DNA of 44,105 nt, taken from assembly GCF_004010195.1 (NCBI RefSeq), contig NC_057718.1, positions 22,924,952 to 22,969,056 on the forward strand, read 5' to 3'. The DNA is from Chiloscyllium plagiosum (Eukaryota). Positions 24,941 through 35,788 of the stretch are shown here, one piece after another. Made by a program: the position numbers and the translations under genes. The notes beneath the pieces were generated by a model that ran no database searches, was not told the DNA's origin, and saw nothing but the letters and a program-made list of their open reading frames with translations. Position 1 is the first letter of the stretch; each line of letters begins with the position of its first letter.

Positions 24941-25503
24941 TATAAAAAATGCATTATCTGAAAACTAAAGTCAAGCCAATTGAAATTTCCAGAACGAACA
25001 CTGACAGAGTTTTGTTCAGTGAAGGGGTCAAGGATTATGGATCAAAAGTGGGTAAATTGTGCTAAGATTCAGATTGACCATTACCTCATTGAATATCAGA
25101 TACAATTGCAACATTTAAGAGGCATTTGGATAGGTATATGGAGGATAGTGGGTTAGTGTAGTTTAGGTGGGCTTGGATCGGCGCAACATCGAGGGCCCAA
25201 GGGCCTGTACTGCGCTGTATTCTTCTATGTTCTATGTTCTATGTTCTATGATATGGTCCAAGAGTATACAGGTGGGACTAACTGAGTTTGGGATGATGGA
25301 CAGCATGGACTGATTGGACTGAAGGATCTGTATCCGTGCTCTCTATAAAAAATGCATTATCTGAAAACTAAAGTCAAGCCAATTGAAATTTCCAGAATGA
25401 ACACTGACAGAGTTTTGTTCAGTGAAGGGGTCAAGGAGTATGGATCAAAAGTGGGTAAATTGTGCTAAGATTCAGATTGACCATTACCTCATTGAATATC
25501 AGA
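24847..25503. repeat. 254-bp direct duplication (24847-25100 / 25250-25503) flanking a 149-bp CR1 3' end
   Basis: Copies differ at 4 of 254 positions by manual alignment. Confidence 0.95.
25101..25249 (+). mobile_element. Young CR1 3' end with (TTCTATG)n tail
   Basis: TCGGCGCAACATCGAGGGCCCAAGGGCCTGTACTGCGCTGTATTCTTCTATGTTCTATG...; same tail type as 28200-28265. Confidence 0.9.
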
Positions 25504-26095
25504 ACAGGTTTGAGGGACTGAATGGCTTTCTCCTGCTCTTTATGGCCCTAACTTCTGGAATTTCTTCTCATTTCTTCTCCAGCGATGGAATGGAATAGGT
25601 ACATGCCACAGGTCAAGAGTTACCGATGGGGCAAGGGCAATTATAATGCGATTAGGCAAGAATTAGGATGCATAGAATGGGGTAGCATGGGGATGCAGAT
25701 AATGGAAATGTGGAGCTGGTTTAAGGAACAGATATTGCGTGTCCTTGATAGGTATGTCCCTCTCAGGCAGGGAGGAAGTGATAAGGTAAGGGAACCGTGG
25801 TTTACTACAGAAATTGCATCTCTTGTTAAGCAGAAGAAGGAGGCTTATGTGTTGATGAGGCAAGACGGTTCAGATGAGATGATGGAGAGTTACAGATCAG
25901 CTAGGAAGGATTTAAAGAGAGAGTTAAGAAGAGCAAAGAGAGGATACGAGCAGTCTTTAGCAAAAAGAATAAAGGAGAACCCTAAAGCTTTCTATAGGTA
26001 TGTGAGGAATAAAAGGTTGACTAGGGTAAGAATAGGGCCAGTCAAAGACAGATGTGGGAAGTTGAGTGTGAACCCTGTGGAGATTGGAGAGGTAC

Positions 26096-26562
26096 TAAAC
26101 AAACATTTCTCATCGGTTTTCACTCAGGAAAAGGAGAATATTGTAGAGGAGAATAATGAGGTACGAGATATTAGATAGAAAGGATCGAGGTTAGTTATGA
26201 ATAGGTGTTATCAATTCTAGAAGGAGTGAAAGTAGGCAAGTCCTCTGGGCCAGATGAGATTTATCCGAGGATTCTCTGGGAAGCTAGGGAGGAGCTTTGG
26301 CTTTGATACTTGAGTCATCATTGTAAACAAACATTTCTCATCGGTTTTCACTCAGGAAAAGGAGAATATTGTAGAGGAGAATAATGAGGTACGAGAATTA
26401 GACTAGAAAGGATCGAGGTTAGTTATGAATAGGTGTTATCAATTCTAGAAGGAGTGAAAGTAGACAAGTCCTCTGGGCCAGATGAGATTTATCCGAGGAT
26501 TCTCTGGGAAGATGGGGAGGAGATAGCAGAGCCTTTGGCTTTGATACTTGAGTCATCATTGT
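26096..26562. repeat. ~230-bp tandem duplication within the CR1
   Basis: TAAACAAACATTTCTCATCGG...GAGTCATCATTGT occurs at 26096-26324 and 26324-26562; the first copy lacks about 10 bp. Confidence 0.92.
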
Positions 26563-27461
26563 CTATGGGCTTAGTACCAGAGGACTGGAGGATTATAAAT
26601 GTTGTGCCTTTGTTCAAGCAGGGCAGTAGAGATGATCCAGGTAATTATAGAGCCTTACTTCTGTTGTAGGAAAGGTTTTGGAAAGGATCATAAGAGATAA
26701 GACTTATAATCATCTAGCAAGCAACAATTTGATTTCAGATAGTCAACATGGTTTTGTCAAGGGCAGGTCATGTTTCACAAACCTCATTGAGTTTTTTGAG
26801 AAGGTGACCAAGCATGTAGATGAGGGTAGGGCAGTTGACATGGTATACATGGACATCAGTAAAGCCTTTGTTAAGGTTCCACATGGTAGGCTGTTGGAGA
26901 AAATGCAGAGGCATGGAATTGAGGGTGATTTAGTAGTTTGGATTAGAAACTTTCTTTCCGAAAGAAGGCAGCGAGTGGTGGTTGATGGAAAATATTCATC
27001 CTGGAATCCAGTTACTAGTGGTGTGCCACAAGGATTCGTTTTGGGACCACTGCTGTTTGTCATTTTTATAAATGACTTAGATGCAGGCATAGGCGGATGA
27101 ATTATTAAATTTGCAGATGACACTAAAGCCGGTGGGGTCCTGGATAGTTTGGAAGAATGTTACAGGTTGCAGAGGGACTTGGATTAACTGCAGAATTGGC
27201 TGAGAGGTAGCAAATGGAGTTCAATGCAGCTAAATGTGAGGAGATGCACTTTGGGAAGAATAACAGGAAGGCAAAGTACTGGGTCAATAGAAAGATTCTT
27301 GGTAGTGTGGATGTGCAGAGGGATCTTGGAGTCCATGTACATAGATCCCTGAAAGTTGCCACCCAGGTTGATAGTGCTGTTAAGAAGGCATACGGTGTGT
27401 TAGGTTTCATTCATAGAGGAATTGAGTTCCGGAGCCACAATATCATACTACAACTATACAA

Positions 27462-27728
27462 AACACTGGTGCGGCCACACTTGGAATATTGTGCACAGTT
27501 CTGGTTGCCATATTTCGGGAAGGTTGTGGAAGCATTGGAAAAGGTGCAGGGGAGATTATCCAGGATGTTGCCTGGTCTGGAGGGAAGGTCTTATGAGGAA
27601 AGAACACTGGTGCGGCCACACTTGGAATATTGTGCACAGTTCTGGTTGCCATATTTCGGGAAGGTTGTGGAAGCATTGGAAAAGGTGCAGAGGAGATTAT
27701 CCAGGATGTTGCCTGGTCTGGAGGAAAG
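27462..27728. repeat. 141-bp in-frame tandem duplication within the CR1
   Basis: TLVRPHLEYC...RMLPGLE appears twice in ORF 27214..27882; the second copy has a 15-bp deletion. Confidence 0.95.
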
Positions 27729-28034
27729 GCTGAGAGACTTGGGTCTGTTCTCATTGAAAAGAAGAAGGCTAAGAGGGGATTTGATAGAGACATACAAGAT
27801 GATCAGAGGATTAGATAGGGCAGACAGTGGAAGTATTTTTCCTAGGATGATGATGTCAACTTTTACAAGGCGGCATAACTAAAAATTGAGGGGTGATAGA
27901 TTTAAGACAGATGTCAGAGACAGGTTCTTTATACAGAGTGGTACGGGTGTGGAGTGCCCTACCTGCTAGTGTAGTCAACTCAGCCACATTAGAGAGATTT
28001 AAACAATCCTTAGATAAGCACTTGGATGATGAGG

Positions 28035-28098
28035 AGCACAGCAATTCAGGCAGCATCCGAGGACAGGCAAAATCGACGTTTCGGGCAAAAGCCCTTCA
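28035..28098 (-). mobile_element. 64-bp Penelope pLTR/hammerhead fragment between two identical 64-bp CR1 copies
   Basis: 62/64 identical to 44014-44077; flanks 27971-28034 and 28099-28162 are identical. Confidence 0.92.
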
Positions 28099-29934
28099 GT
28101 AGTCAACTCAGCCACATTAGAGAGATTTAAACAATCCTTAGATAAGCACTTGGATGATGAGGGGATAGTGTAGGGGACGAGCTGAGAATAGTTCACAGGT
28201 CGGCGCAACATCGAGGGCTGAAGGGCCTGTTCTGCACTGTATTGTTCTATTTTCTATGTTCTATGATTGCAATACCATTGTGGAGGAGCTTCAGAATTCA
28301 AAAGCATGCTTTTTAGATGATTCACAGGATTCTAAATTACCTCGTTAAGAAGTTCTTTTGAATATAACAAAGAGAGATTACAGTTCACGAAAATATTTTA
28401 ACAGTAATGTCTGGCACAAGTCAGTGCAGCTTCTGGTTTTGTCAATAAGGGAGAGCATTTTCAGCAGAAACAATTACTAGAATATTCCAAAAGGGAGTGC
28501 CAAAATATGCCTTTCAACAGGGTTTTCATAATGTATTGTTATCTTTAATGGTTAACGAATTCCCAACAAAAATGGAGACAAAAACCTTATGTAGAAGTAA
28601 TGAAAAATTAGAGTTCCTTTGAAATGTTATTCAATAAGAAATTCTGTGACTGCTACCTCTATAACAGAAAAGTGTAAAAATCAATGGTTAACCAACACCA
28701 CTCACTTGTTTTCCAATTAAACTGAGTAATGCTCAATGTCTAGCTTTTCGAAGAAACTTTGAAAGGATCTCTTGATTTCATTGTATTCAGGCCCTTGAGT
28801 CTACCCCTCTGGAAGGCAGATTCTCTTTCAACACACTGAGGGCAATTTTCTGTTTACCAGCAGGGGGTGCTGAGAACCTTTTAGACAACTTAAGGCTGAC
28901 TGATGCAAGTTCGACAAGCAGAATGAGGCTGAATTTCCCCCATTTTCACCATTTACTCTGCAATAAGCTGATTGATTCTTTTGGATTTAACAGGGACTTT
29001 CCCACTTGACTTCCTTCAGCAAAGTATCTGGATGATCTTTTACATTCTATTGAGATAGCGGGCAGGACTAGCAAAAGGGGAAAGGGAGCCACAAGTGTAT
29101 CAGAGTCATGAGGTTGAGTGGGGAGTGAGGGCGGGGGGAGAAGAGCAGTGCAGTGGGGGCAAATTTATGAATGAAGTTGATCTTTAAATAAGAAATCACA
29201 TGGTATAAAAGGCCAGTCATCCCATTGTGTCAGAGCAATGAAAGTGACATTTAGTCAGTCTCACTCCCCTGATCTTTTTCTGAAGCCCTGCACACATTTT
29301 GTTTTTGTTTTTCTGGTATTTGTCTAGACATTAGAACATGCAATTTAAAAAGGAAATTTCTGAACTGCTGTATAATTTGTAATCATGCACTTCTTGATGT
29401 TTCCCCAACAATTAAATCAATCCACAACTCTGGCTGGATCATTTTCAGTAGTTATTAAGCCATTAGGTCTCACTCGACTCAGTTATACAGCAAGAATTCA
29501 TCACATTTTTGAATACAGTAAATAATCTTTCTAGGCTGATTGCAAATACTGGTGTCTAGCAAAATACCTGAAACACAAAAACCAGGTTGGGAAAAAAAGT
29601 GCTGAAGAGAGAGTCTTCCAGCGCCATATTTAGTTAATGAAATAATGATGGTGCAAGATGGTAACCATATTCCTGGTAAATATATTTGAGGAAGTCTAAT
29701 CTATCTTGTGTGTACTTAGGAGAAAACTGGTAAATTTGGACCTTGGATTCACAATATTAGCCACCACCACTGGGGTTTTTCCTCACATCATGTCAACTTC
29801 TTTTGTAGACTTACTAGTTGGGGTTGTTCAGAATATCAGAAAAAGAAACAGACCATTCAATCTCACCAGTCTATACTTGAATTAACTGCACAGAGGCCAG
29901 AACTCTCTCACCAAGTCATCCTTTATTTACTGTG

Positions 29935-30084
29935 CACAGTACATTGACTGTGGCCAGCCAGCTTGGAGTCAGTCTCTTGGTTATATTGTCTTTTTCTTTA
30001 CAAAAACAAACGAAGGCAATGTCTCCAGTCAAGCGAACTTCTCCCCACAGTGCACTGACTGTGATCAGCCAGCTTGGAGTCAGT
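29935..30084. repeat. 39-bp imperfect direct repeat (29935-29973 / 30046-30084), possibly within a decayed solo LTR
   Basis: CACAGTacAtTGACTGTGgcCAGCCAGCTTGGAGTCAGT-type unit occurs twice; minus-strand AATAAA at ~29922-29927. Confidence 0.7.
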
Positions 30085-30914
30085 ACACCTGACCTGAGGA
30101 GATTAAAAGTCTCTTAGTAGTATTTGTCATCCAGGGTTATCCTGATTGGCCCAGGTTAACAATCCCAATCAAGGATTTCAAAGTTAACACGGTCCAGCTG
30201 GTTCCTATCACTATAATACTTTACTGATGCTCCACTCAAACTGCCGGCCATCTTACTTCATCTAATTTTAGCAATCAGAAATCTCTCAATATTTGGTCTT
30301 TCCAAATGCTTGCCGCACCTCTTTCAAATACATCTATTAATTTCTACCTCACACTCTGTGCAGTAATTCTACATTCTCCTCTCTGGGTGTAGACTTTTTA
30401 AAATTTCATGTTGGATTTCTTGGTGGCTCTTTTATGTTGGGTGGCCTCTGATTACGATCTTCTCCACAAATGGAAATATTCCCTCTGTATTAAATGTATC
30501 AACATGTTTCATAATTTTAAAGACGTCTATTTGGACATCCTTCATCACTGTTCCTTTAAAAGAATAGAAATCCAGTCTGAACATCTTTTACTAAGGTGCT
30601 TCCCCTCACATTTCTGGTATTATTGTTAGGAACCTTCCAGTACCCTCTCCAGTGCCTATTTGATGCACATGAGGCCAGACCTGCATGCAATACTTGAAAT
30701 ATGTGCTAATCTGCTTTTTAATTTGTTCTGTTTTGGATAGACAATGTTTGCCATGTTTACTCAATAACTCCATTGCAACTAGGTTAGTGTTTGATGTACT
30801 CAAAATTCACAATATTGAAAAGTAATTGTTACGGGGGTCTTGTCTTGTCATGACGTGTTTACCCCACTCTGTATTTCAACTCTGCCACAACTAGCAATAT
30901 AGAAGACAAACTTT

Positions 30915-31235
30915 TTTTAAAATTCATCCACAGGATGAGGGCATTGCTGGCTAGGCCAGTATTTATTGCTCATCCCTAATTGCCCAGAGGGCAGTTAAGA
31001 TTTAACCACAGGTAAGGATGGCAGTTTCTTTCCCTTAAGGACATTAGTGAACGAGATGGGTTCTTCCTGACAATTCACAATAGTTTCATGGTCAACATTA
31101 GATTCTTATTTCCAGATTATTGTTGAATTCAAATTCCTCCATCTGCCATGGTAGGATTTGAATCCAGTTACCCAGAACAATATATAGGTCTCTGGATTAA
31201 TATTCCAGCAATAATACCACTGGATCATCACCCAC
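30915..31235 (-). mobile_element. tRNA-derived SINE (third family)
   Basis: Minus strand has a head TCCAGTGGTATTATTGCTGGA..GGATTCAAATCC and a tail GGGCAATTAGGGATGAGCAATAAATACTGGCCTAGCCAGC matching the LINE tail at 33058-33110. Confidence 0.8.
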
Positions 31236-32527
31236 CTTTGATCTGGGAGGAAACCAGGCCTTTTGCATCAGGGCTATTGGGGAGTCACAGAGACATTAGG
31301 GCAAAGAAAGAGACCATTTCGGCCACCAAATCCATACCTGTTCCCAGATCAGTGGAAAAAAAAGGTTGACTTATTTTGTTTTGGTAATACTCTGAGGAAT
31401 TCAAATACAAATTGTAGACGCAAGGGTTTGAATCAAATCCCCTTTCAAAAGAGACTACAATGGAACAAAAATGATTGTATTGTATTGACACTGATCTTTC
31501 ACAGGATAGTCCTATTTATCTGTGACTGCATCAACACCTTTATCTCTTGATCAAAACGTCACGTGTAAAAGGCCTGATGTTGCTGAGAGAGAGCTGTTCA
31601 TGACGTTCAACAATATTGGAATAAATATTCAGATAAAATTAAAGACATTGCTTTGGAACTAGTACATGCTTTTCTAAGATATGTTTGTTGCTAGGTTAGC
31701 ATTTGATGTACTGAATATTCAAAAATAATTTGTTATGTAGGTCTTGCCATGATATAATGTGCTCACAGCCCTTTCTAGGGAACCATATATTCATAAATAT
31801 GTAAAAGTTACAAAACAGGATAGTTGTATGCACTTTGAATGCATAAAAGAAACTCATTTGAACAACGGATAAAAAGAACAATCTTTTTTATCTTTACTGT
31901 TTTCTGTGTTATAGTGATGACTTTTTTTACAGAATTGAGAAACAGATACTGACTTATTTAAGGAAAACACAGAAAACACATTTTATGTTGTTGCACTGTT
32001 GATTGAACATGTTCAAGAAAGTTCGCAATCAGATTTAATAGAAATTACCTTAAATAAACTATGTTTTTACATTCAAAAAAATTATTATTTTTGCAAAGTA
32101 TGCCAAATTTGGTGAACTTGTCTGCAGTTTTTCACAGTTATGATTTATAAAGTGACCCTTTAAACATTTAAAACAAATACTGAGCCTGTTTGGAAAAAGG
32201 CTTCTTAACCACACCAAGAATCTGCAACAGTTTACTAGACAATAATCTAAAATAATCTCCTCATTTTTGACCTCCAGAATTGGTTATTTTTCATTGATAG
32301 TCCTTTGCTTCTCTTTTTTTTCCAGACTAATGTACCACTAAGCAGCCAAATAGCAAGAAATAACCTGTACTGTAGCCCTCTGTCTATATTCCAGGTTTGG
32401 GGAACGTGTGATTTTGAGCAGCAAAGCCTGCTTTTTTCCTGTATTAGAATTTGCCTGAGTTCTACAATTACTCTCATCTCATTGTGACTTGAATTTGTAT
32501 TCATATAGGTATCAACCAAAACGTAAC

Positions 32528-33124
32528 AAATGCAAACAAGAGCAGGTCAGAGGTTAGGAATACTGTGGCAAGTTACTCATCTCCTAATTCCCCAAAGCCT
32601 TTTCACCATCTTCAAGGCACAAATAAGGAGAGTAATGGAACATTCCCCACTTGCCGAGATGGGTACAGGTCCAATAGCAGTCAAGAAGCTTGACACTATC
32701 CAGGACAAAGCAGTCCATTTCCCTGGCACCAAATCTACAAGCATCCACACCCTACACTACCGATGTTCAGTTGTAGCAGTGTGTACTATCTACAAGATGT
32801 ACTGCAGAAATTCACCAAAGGTCCTTCCAAACCGATGACTACTTACATCTAGAAGGTCAAAGGCAACATATATATGGGAACATCACCACCTTCAATTTCC
32901 CCTCCAAAGCACTCACTATCCTAACTTGGAAATATATTTCCATTCCTTCACTGTCACTGATCAAAATCCTGGAATTCCCTCCCTCATGACATTGTGAGTC
33001 AACCCACGGCAGGTGGACTGTAGCTGTTCAAGAAGACAGCTCACCAACACTTATCAAGGGCAACTAGGGACAGGCAATAAATGCTGGCCAGCCAGCAACA
33101 CCCACATCACACAAACAAATAAAT
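32528..33124 (+). mobile_element. CR1/L2-group LINE, 5'-truncated (ORF2 C-terminus and 3' end)
   Basis: ORF 32530..32838 (LFTIFKAQIRRVMEHSPLA..KKLDTIQDKA..LHYRCSVVAVCTIYKM) resembles the post-RT region of CR1-group LINEs; second copy at 11128. Confidence 0.8.
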
Positions 33125-34122
33125 TTTTACAAAAGCTACATCACATGTCAGGTGAGTGATGAAAGCACCAAAACAGTAATATTTAACAATTTGTCTAAGA
33201 CCTTAGTACCAGAGTACATGAAGTGGCTGGAAGCTAGAGAATTTCTTGGATTGTGTTCTTTACAAAGAATTTAAATGGTGAACATCAAGAATATTGAAAT
33301 CGTGTCGAGGCACTTCAGAGTGGCTCATGGTGGTCATAGAAACTTTATTTGCTATTTCAGATTCTATAATTTTCAATTAGTAATGTTTTATCTTCAGACT
33401 GTATGCCTGACATGGAATATATGTTGTAATTATTAAGATCATTACAATCATATTAAAGTTTGCAGGGGTGGAACATGTCAAATTTTAGTGCAAATTATAT
33501 CATGTTGCAGTCAAAATGTTTGTAATATGCTTTTACAAATTTTGTGAATAAAGTATACTTTTGGAACTAAAATTTACAAAAAGCCATTTTGATTCCATTA
33601 GTCTGTGAGAAACCAGGGTAGATGTGTATTGTGTACCTGCATTAGGTATTAAACTATTGGTGCCCAAGTAACAAACCTTCATTGGACATAGTCAAGCCTG
33701 AACCAAAAGGAACTATTTAACTGTGTTTAAAGTATTTGCAAACACTCTCAAACATTTCATTGCTTTCTTCATGAAGTCTGATCTCTCCATGGCTAGAAGT
33801 GGGAATTGTAGATCGTGGCCTAAGTCCAGTGCAAGTTTCAATCCACATTCAGCATTGATGAAATCCTACAAATGGTGCAATTTTGGTTTTGTGAAGTCCC
33901 ATTGTTATATTCCGATATATTGTCTTATTAAACCTGGAAGGCTCTTTAAGTTACAAACATTTAATTGAAGGTTAGGTATTCATCCTACATTATTTTCTGG
34001 TGATGGTCTGGAACTAGTTTCAGTGTCAAGTCAGTTGTCATTTTTAATTTTCTTTCCATGAAAGTTTTATTTAAGAAGCAGCGCACAATGAATCAAATAT
34101 ACAAAAGACTTATAATCGAAAT

Positions 34123-34270
34123 AACAAAACAAAGAAATGTAGATGTTGGAAATCTGAAATAGAAATTGATGGGTCTGAGCTGAAGAAGGGGCAATGGACC
34201 TGAAAAATTAAGTCTGCTTTCACTCCATGGACCTACTGAGTTTTTCCAGCAATTTCCGTGTTTGCTACCT
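34123..34270. mobile_element. Penelope-derived short element with degenerate hammerhead on + strand
   Basis: Left part AGATGTTGGAAATCTGAAATAGAAATTG is a minus-strand pLTR end; right part CTGAAGAAGGGGCAATGGACCTGAAA..CCTACTGAGTTTTTCCAGCAATTTC is a plus-strand pLTR. Confidence 0.65.
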
Positions 34271-34339
34271 CCAATGGATAGTTTAATATGGTACTGTGAA
34301 AATAAGTTGCCATTTTGGATTTTAAAAAAAAGTAACCTG

Positions 34340-34695
34340 GAATCGTAGAATCCCTCCAGTGCAGAAAGTGGCCATTTGGCATATCATGTCCACGTCGATC
34401 CACTGAAGAGCATCCCACCCAGACCCAGCCCCTCCATCATGTCCTGTAACCCTGCATTTAGCATGGCTAGCCCATCTGGCCTACACATCCCTGAATAGTA
34501 CAGACAATTTCAGATTGGCCAATCCACCTAACCAGCACATCTTTGCACAGTGGAGGAAACCATAGCACCTAGAAGAAACCCACACAGACACAGGGAGAAT
34601 ATGTTAACTTCACACAGACAGTTATCCAAGGGTGGAATCAAACCCAGGTCCCTGGTGCTTGTGAGGCAGCAGTGCTAACCACTGAGCCACCACCC
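34340..34695 (-). mobile_element. HE1/V-SINE-type SINE, full length
   Basis: GAGGCAGCAGTGCTAACCACTGAGCCACC head (reverse), V-domain, tail. Confidence 0.9.
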
Positions 34696-35254
34696 CAGTC
34701 CACCCCAATCATGGTTTGTATGGATTAAACCATGGATGTAGCTGGAATAATTATAATAGTACAATATGAAATACAATAGGAAATACTGAAATTGCATAAT
34801 AATTTGATCAACAAGAAATAGTAATGTATAGTGTAACCCTTCAACTCGACATGAGATTTGATCAGTTCCAACATTTACTCTGTGTAGTTTACCCTATATG
34901 CATTAATTACAACACTAATGGCTTAAAACAGTTGCAGTGACGGCAGAACTCAGTTTTCTGATGCTCATGGTCTCCTGAAGCCTTTGCCTGTTTGATTCTT
35001 CGTTGCTTGGGTGATTGGTTGAGAGGTATCTGCTGTGCTTCTTTTCGACATTAATTCTCAGAAGGTGGGTCGATTGACAGTTTAATGGTTACGTTTTTGA
35101 CTTATTACGTGATGTTGATGGTACCTTTTAGAAATTGGATTTGACATCCTATAATGTGTTTTGTTTTGATTTTTGAATGCCCTCACATGTCTTTACTCCA
35201 CTTATATTTTTAGAGTGACCAGATACTGTTTTGCTCAAAACAACAGGTTTAGGA

Positions 35255-35378
35255 TCAAATTACTGCAGATGCTGGAATCTGTACTGAAAACAACAAATGC
35301 CAGGGATCACAGCAGGTCAGGCAGCATCCAGGAGAGAGAGCTTTCTGTGATCCTCAGCATTTATTATTTTCAGTACAG
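35255..35378. mobile_element. Penelope-derived miniature fold-back element
   Basis: 34-bp inverted arms 35279-35312 / 35345-35378; contains TGCAGATGCTGGAA and GGCAGCATCC, also seen in the Penelope end at 43970-44040. Confidence 0.75.
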
Positions 35379-35404
35379 GTGTGTGGTTTGTTATGCTACA
35401 AACC

Positions 35405-35788
35405 AGAGGCCTAGCCTAACAAACTAGAAAGCTATATTTCCAACCCCACCGCACAGTAGGTTGAGCAATTGAACTCTCTCTTCTAAAAAAAGATTGGAAC
35501 TAAAATCAGTTAAAGTGACCATGAAGCTGTTGGATTTTGTAAAACTCCCACTAGTTCACTTTGGGCCTTAACAGAAAGAAACACATTGTCTTTAGCAAGT
35601 CAGGTTCATATCTGATTCCAGTCCCACAGTGAAGTGATTCCTTTTAACTGCCTTCTGAAGGGACTGATAAAGCCAATCAATTGTATCAAACTGTTCAATG
35701 GTGCAACAGAAAGGCCCATTGAAATTACGTAAAGATGTCTGGAATAGACAATAAATGTTGGCTTTCACACATCCTGAGAATGAATAAT
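35405..35788 (+). mobile_element. Highly decayed copy of the third SINE family
   Basis: GTGACCATGAAGCTGTTGGATTTTGTAAAACTCCCACTAGTTCACT...TTAACTGCCTTCTGAA...CAATAAATGTTGGC..CACATCCTGAGAATGAATAA. Confidence 0.55.

Larger units (their letters stand above)
25585..28265 (+). mobile_element. CR1 LINE, 5'-truncated ORF2 pseudogene (RT domain) with internal duplications
   Basis: [55 protein letters not shown] (~27107-27127), LYKTLVRPHLEYC; stops and frameshifts; (TTCTATG) tail. Confidence 0.96.

Noticed and set aside
26743..27123. Antisense ORFs over CR1 copies (also 37109-37522, 40864-41121) and ORFs inside SINEs
   Set aside because: Shadows of repeat sequence, not genes.
27971..28162. Repeat-spacer-repeat resembling a CRISPR unit
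   Set aside because: Eukaryotic DNA; the repeats are CR1 sequence, there are only two units, and no cas genes.
30046..30084. CACAGTG resembling a V(D)J RSS heptamer
   Set aside because: No ACAAAAACC-like nonamer at 12 or 23 bp and no V/J segments nearby.
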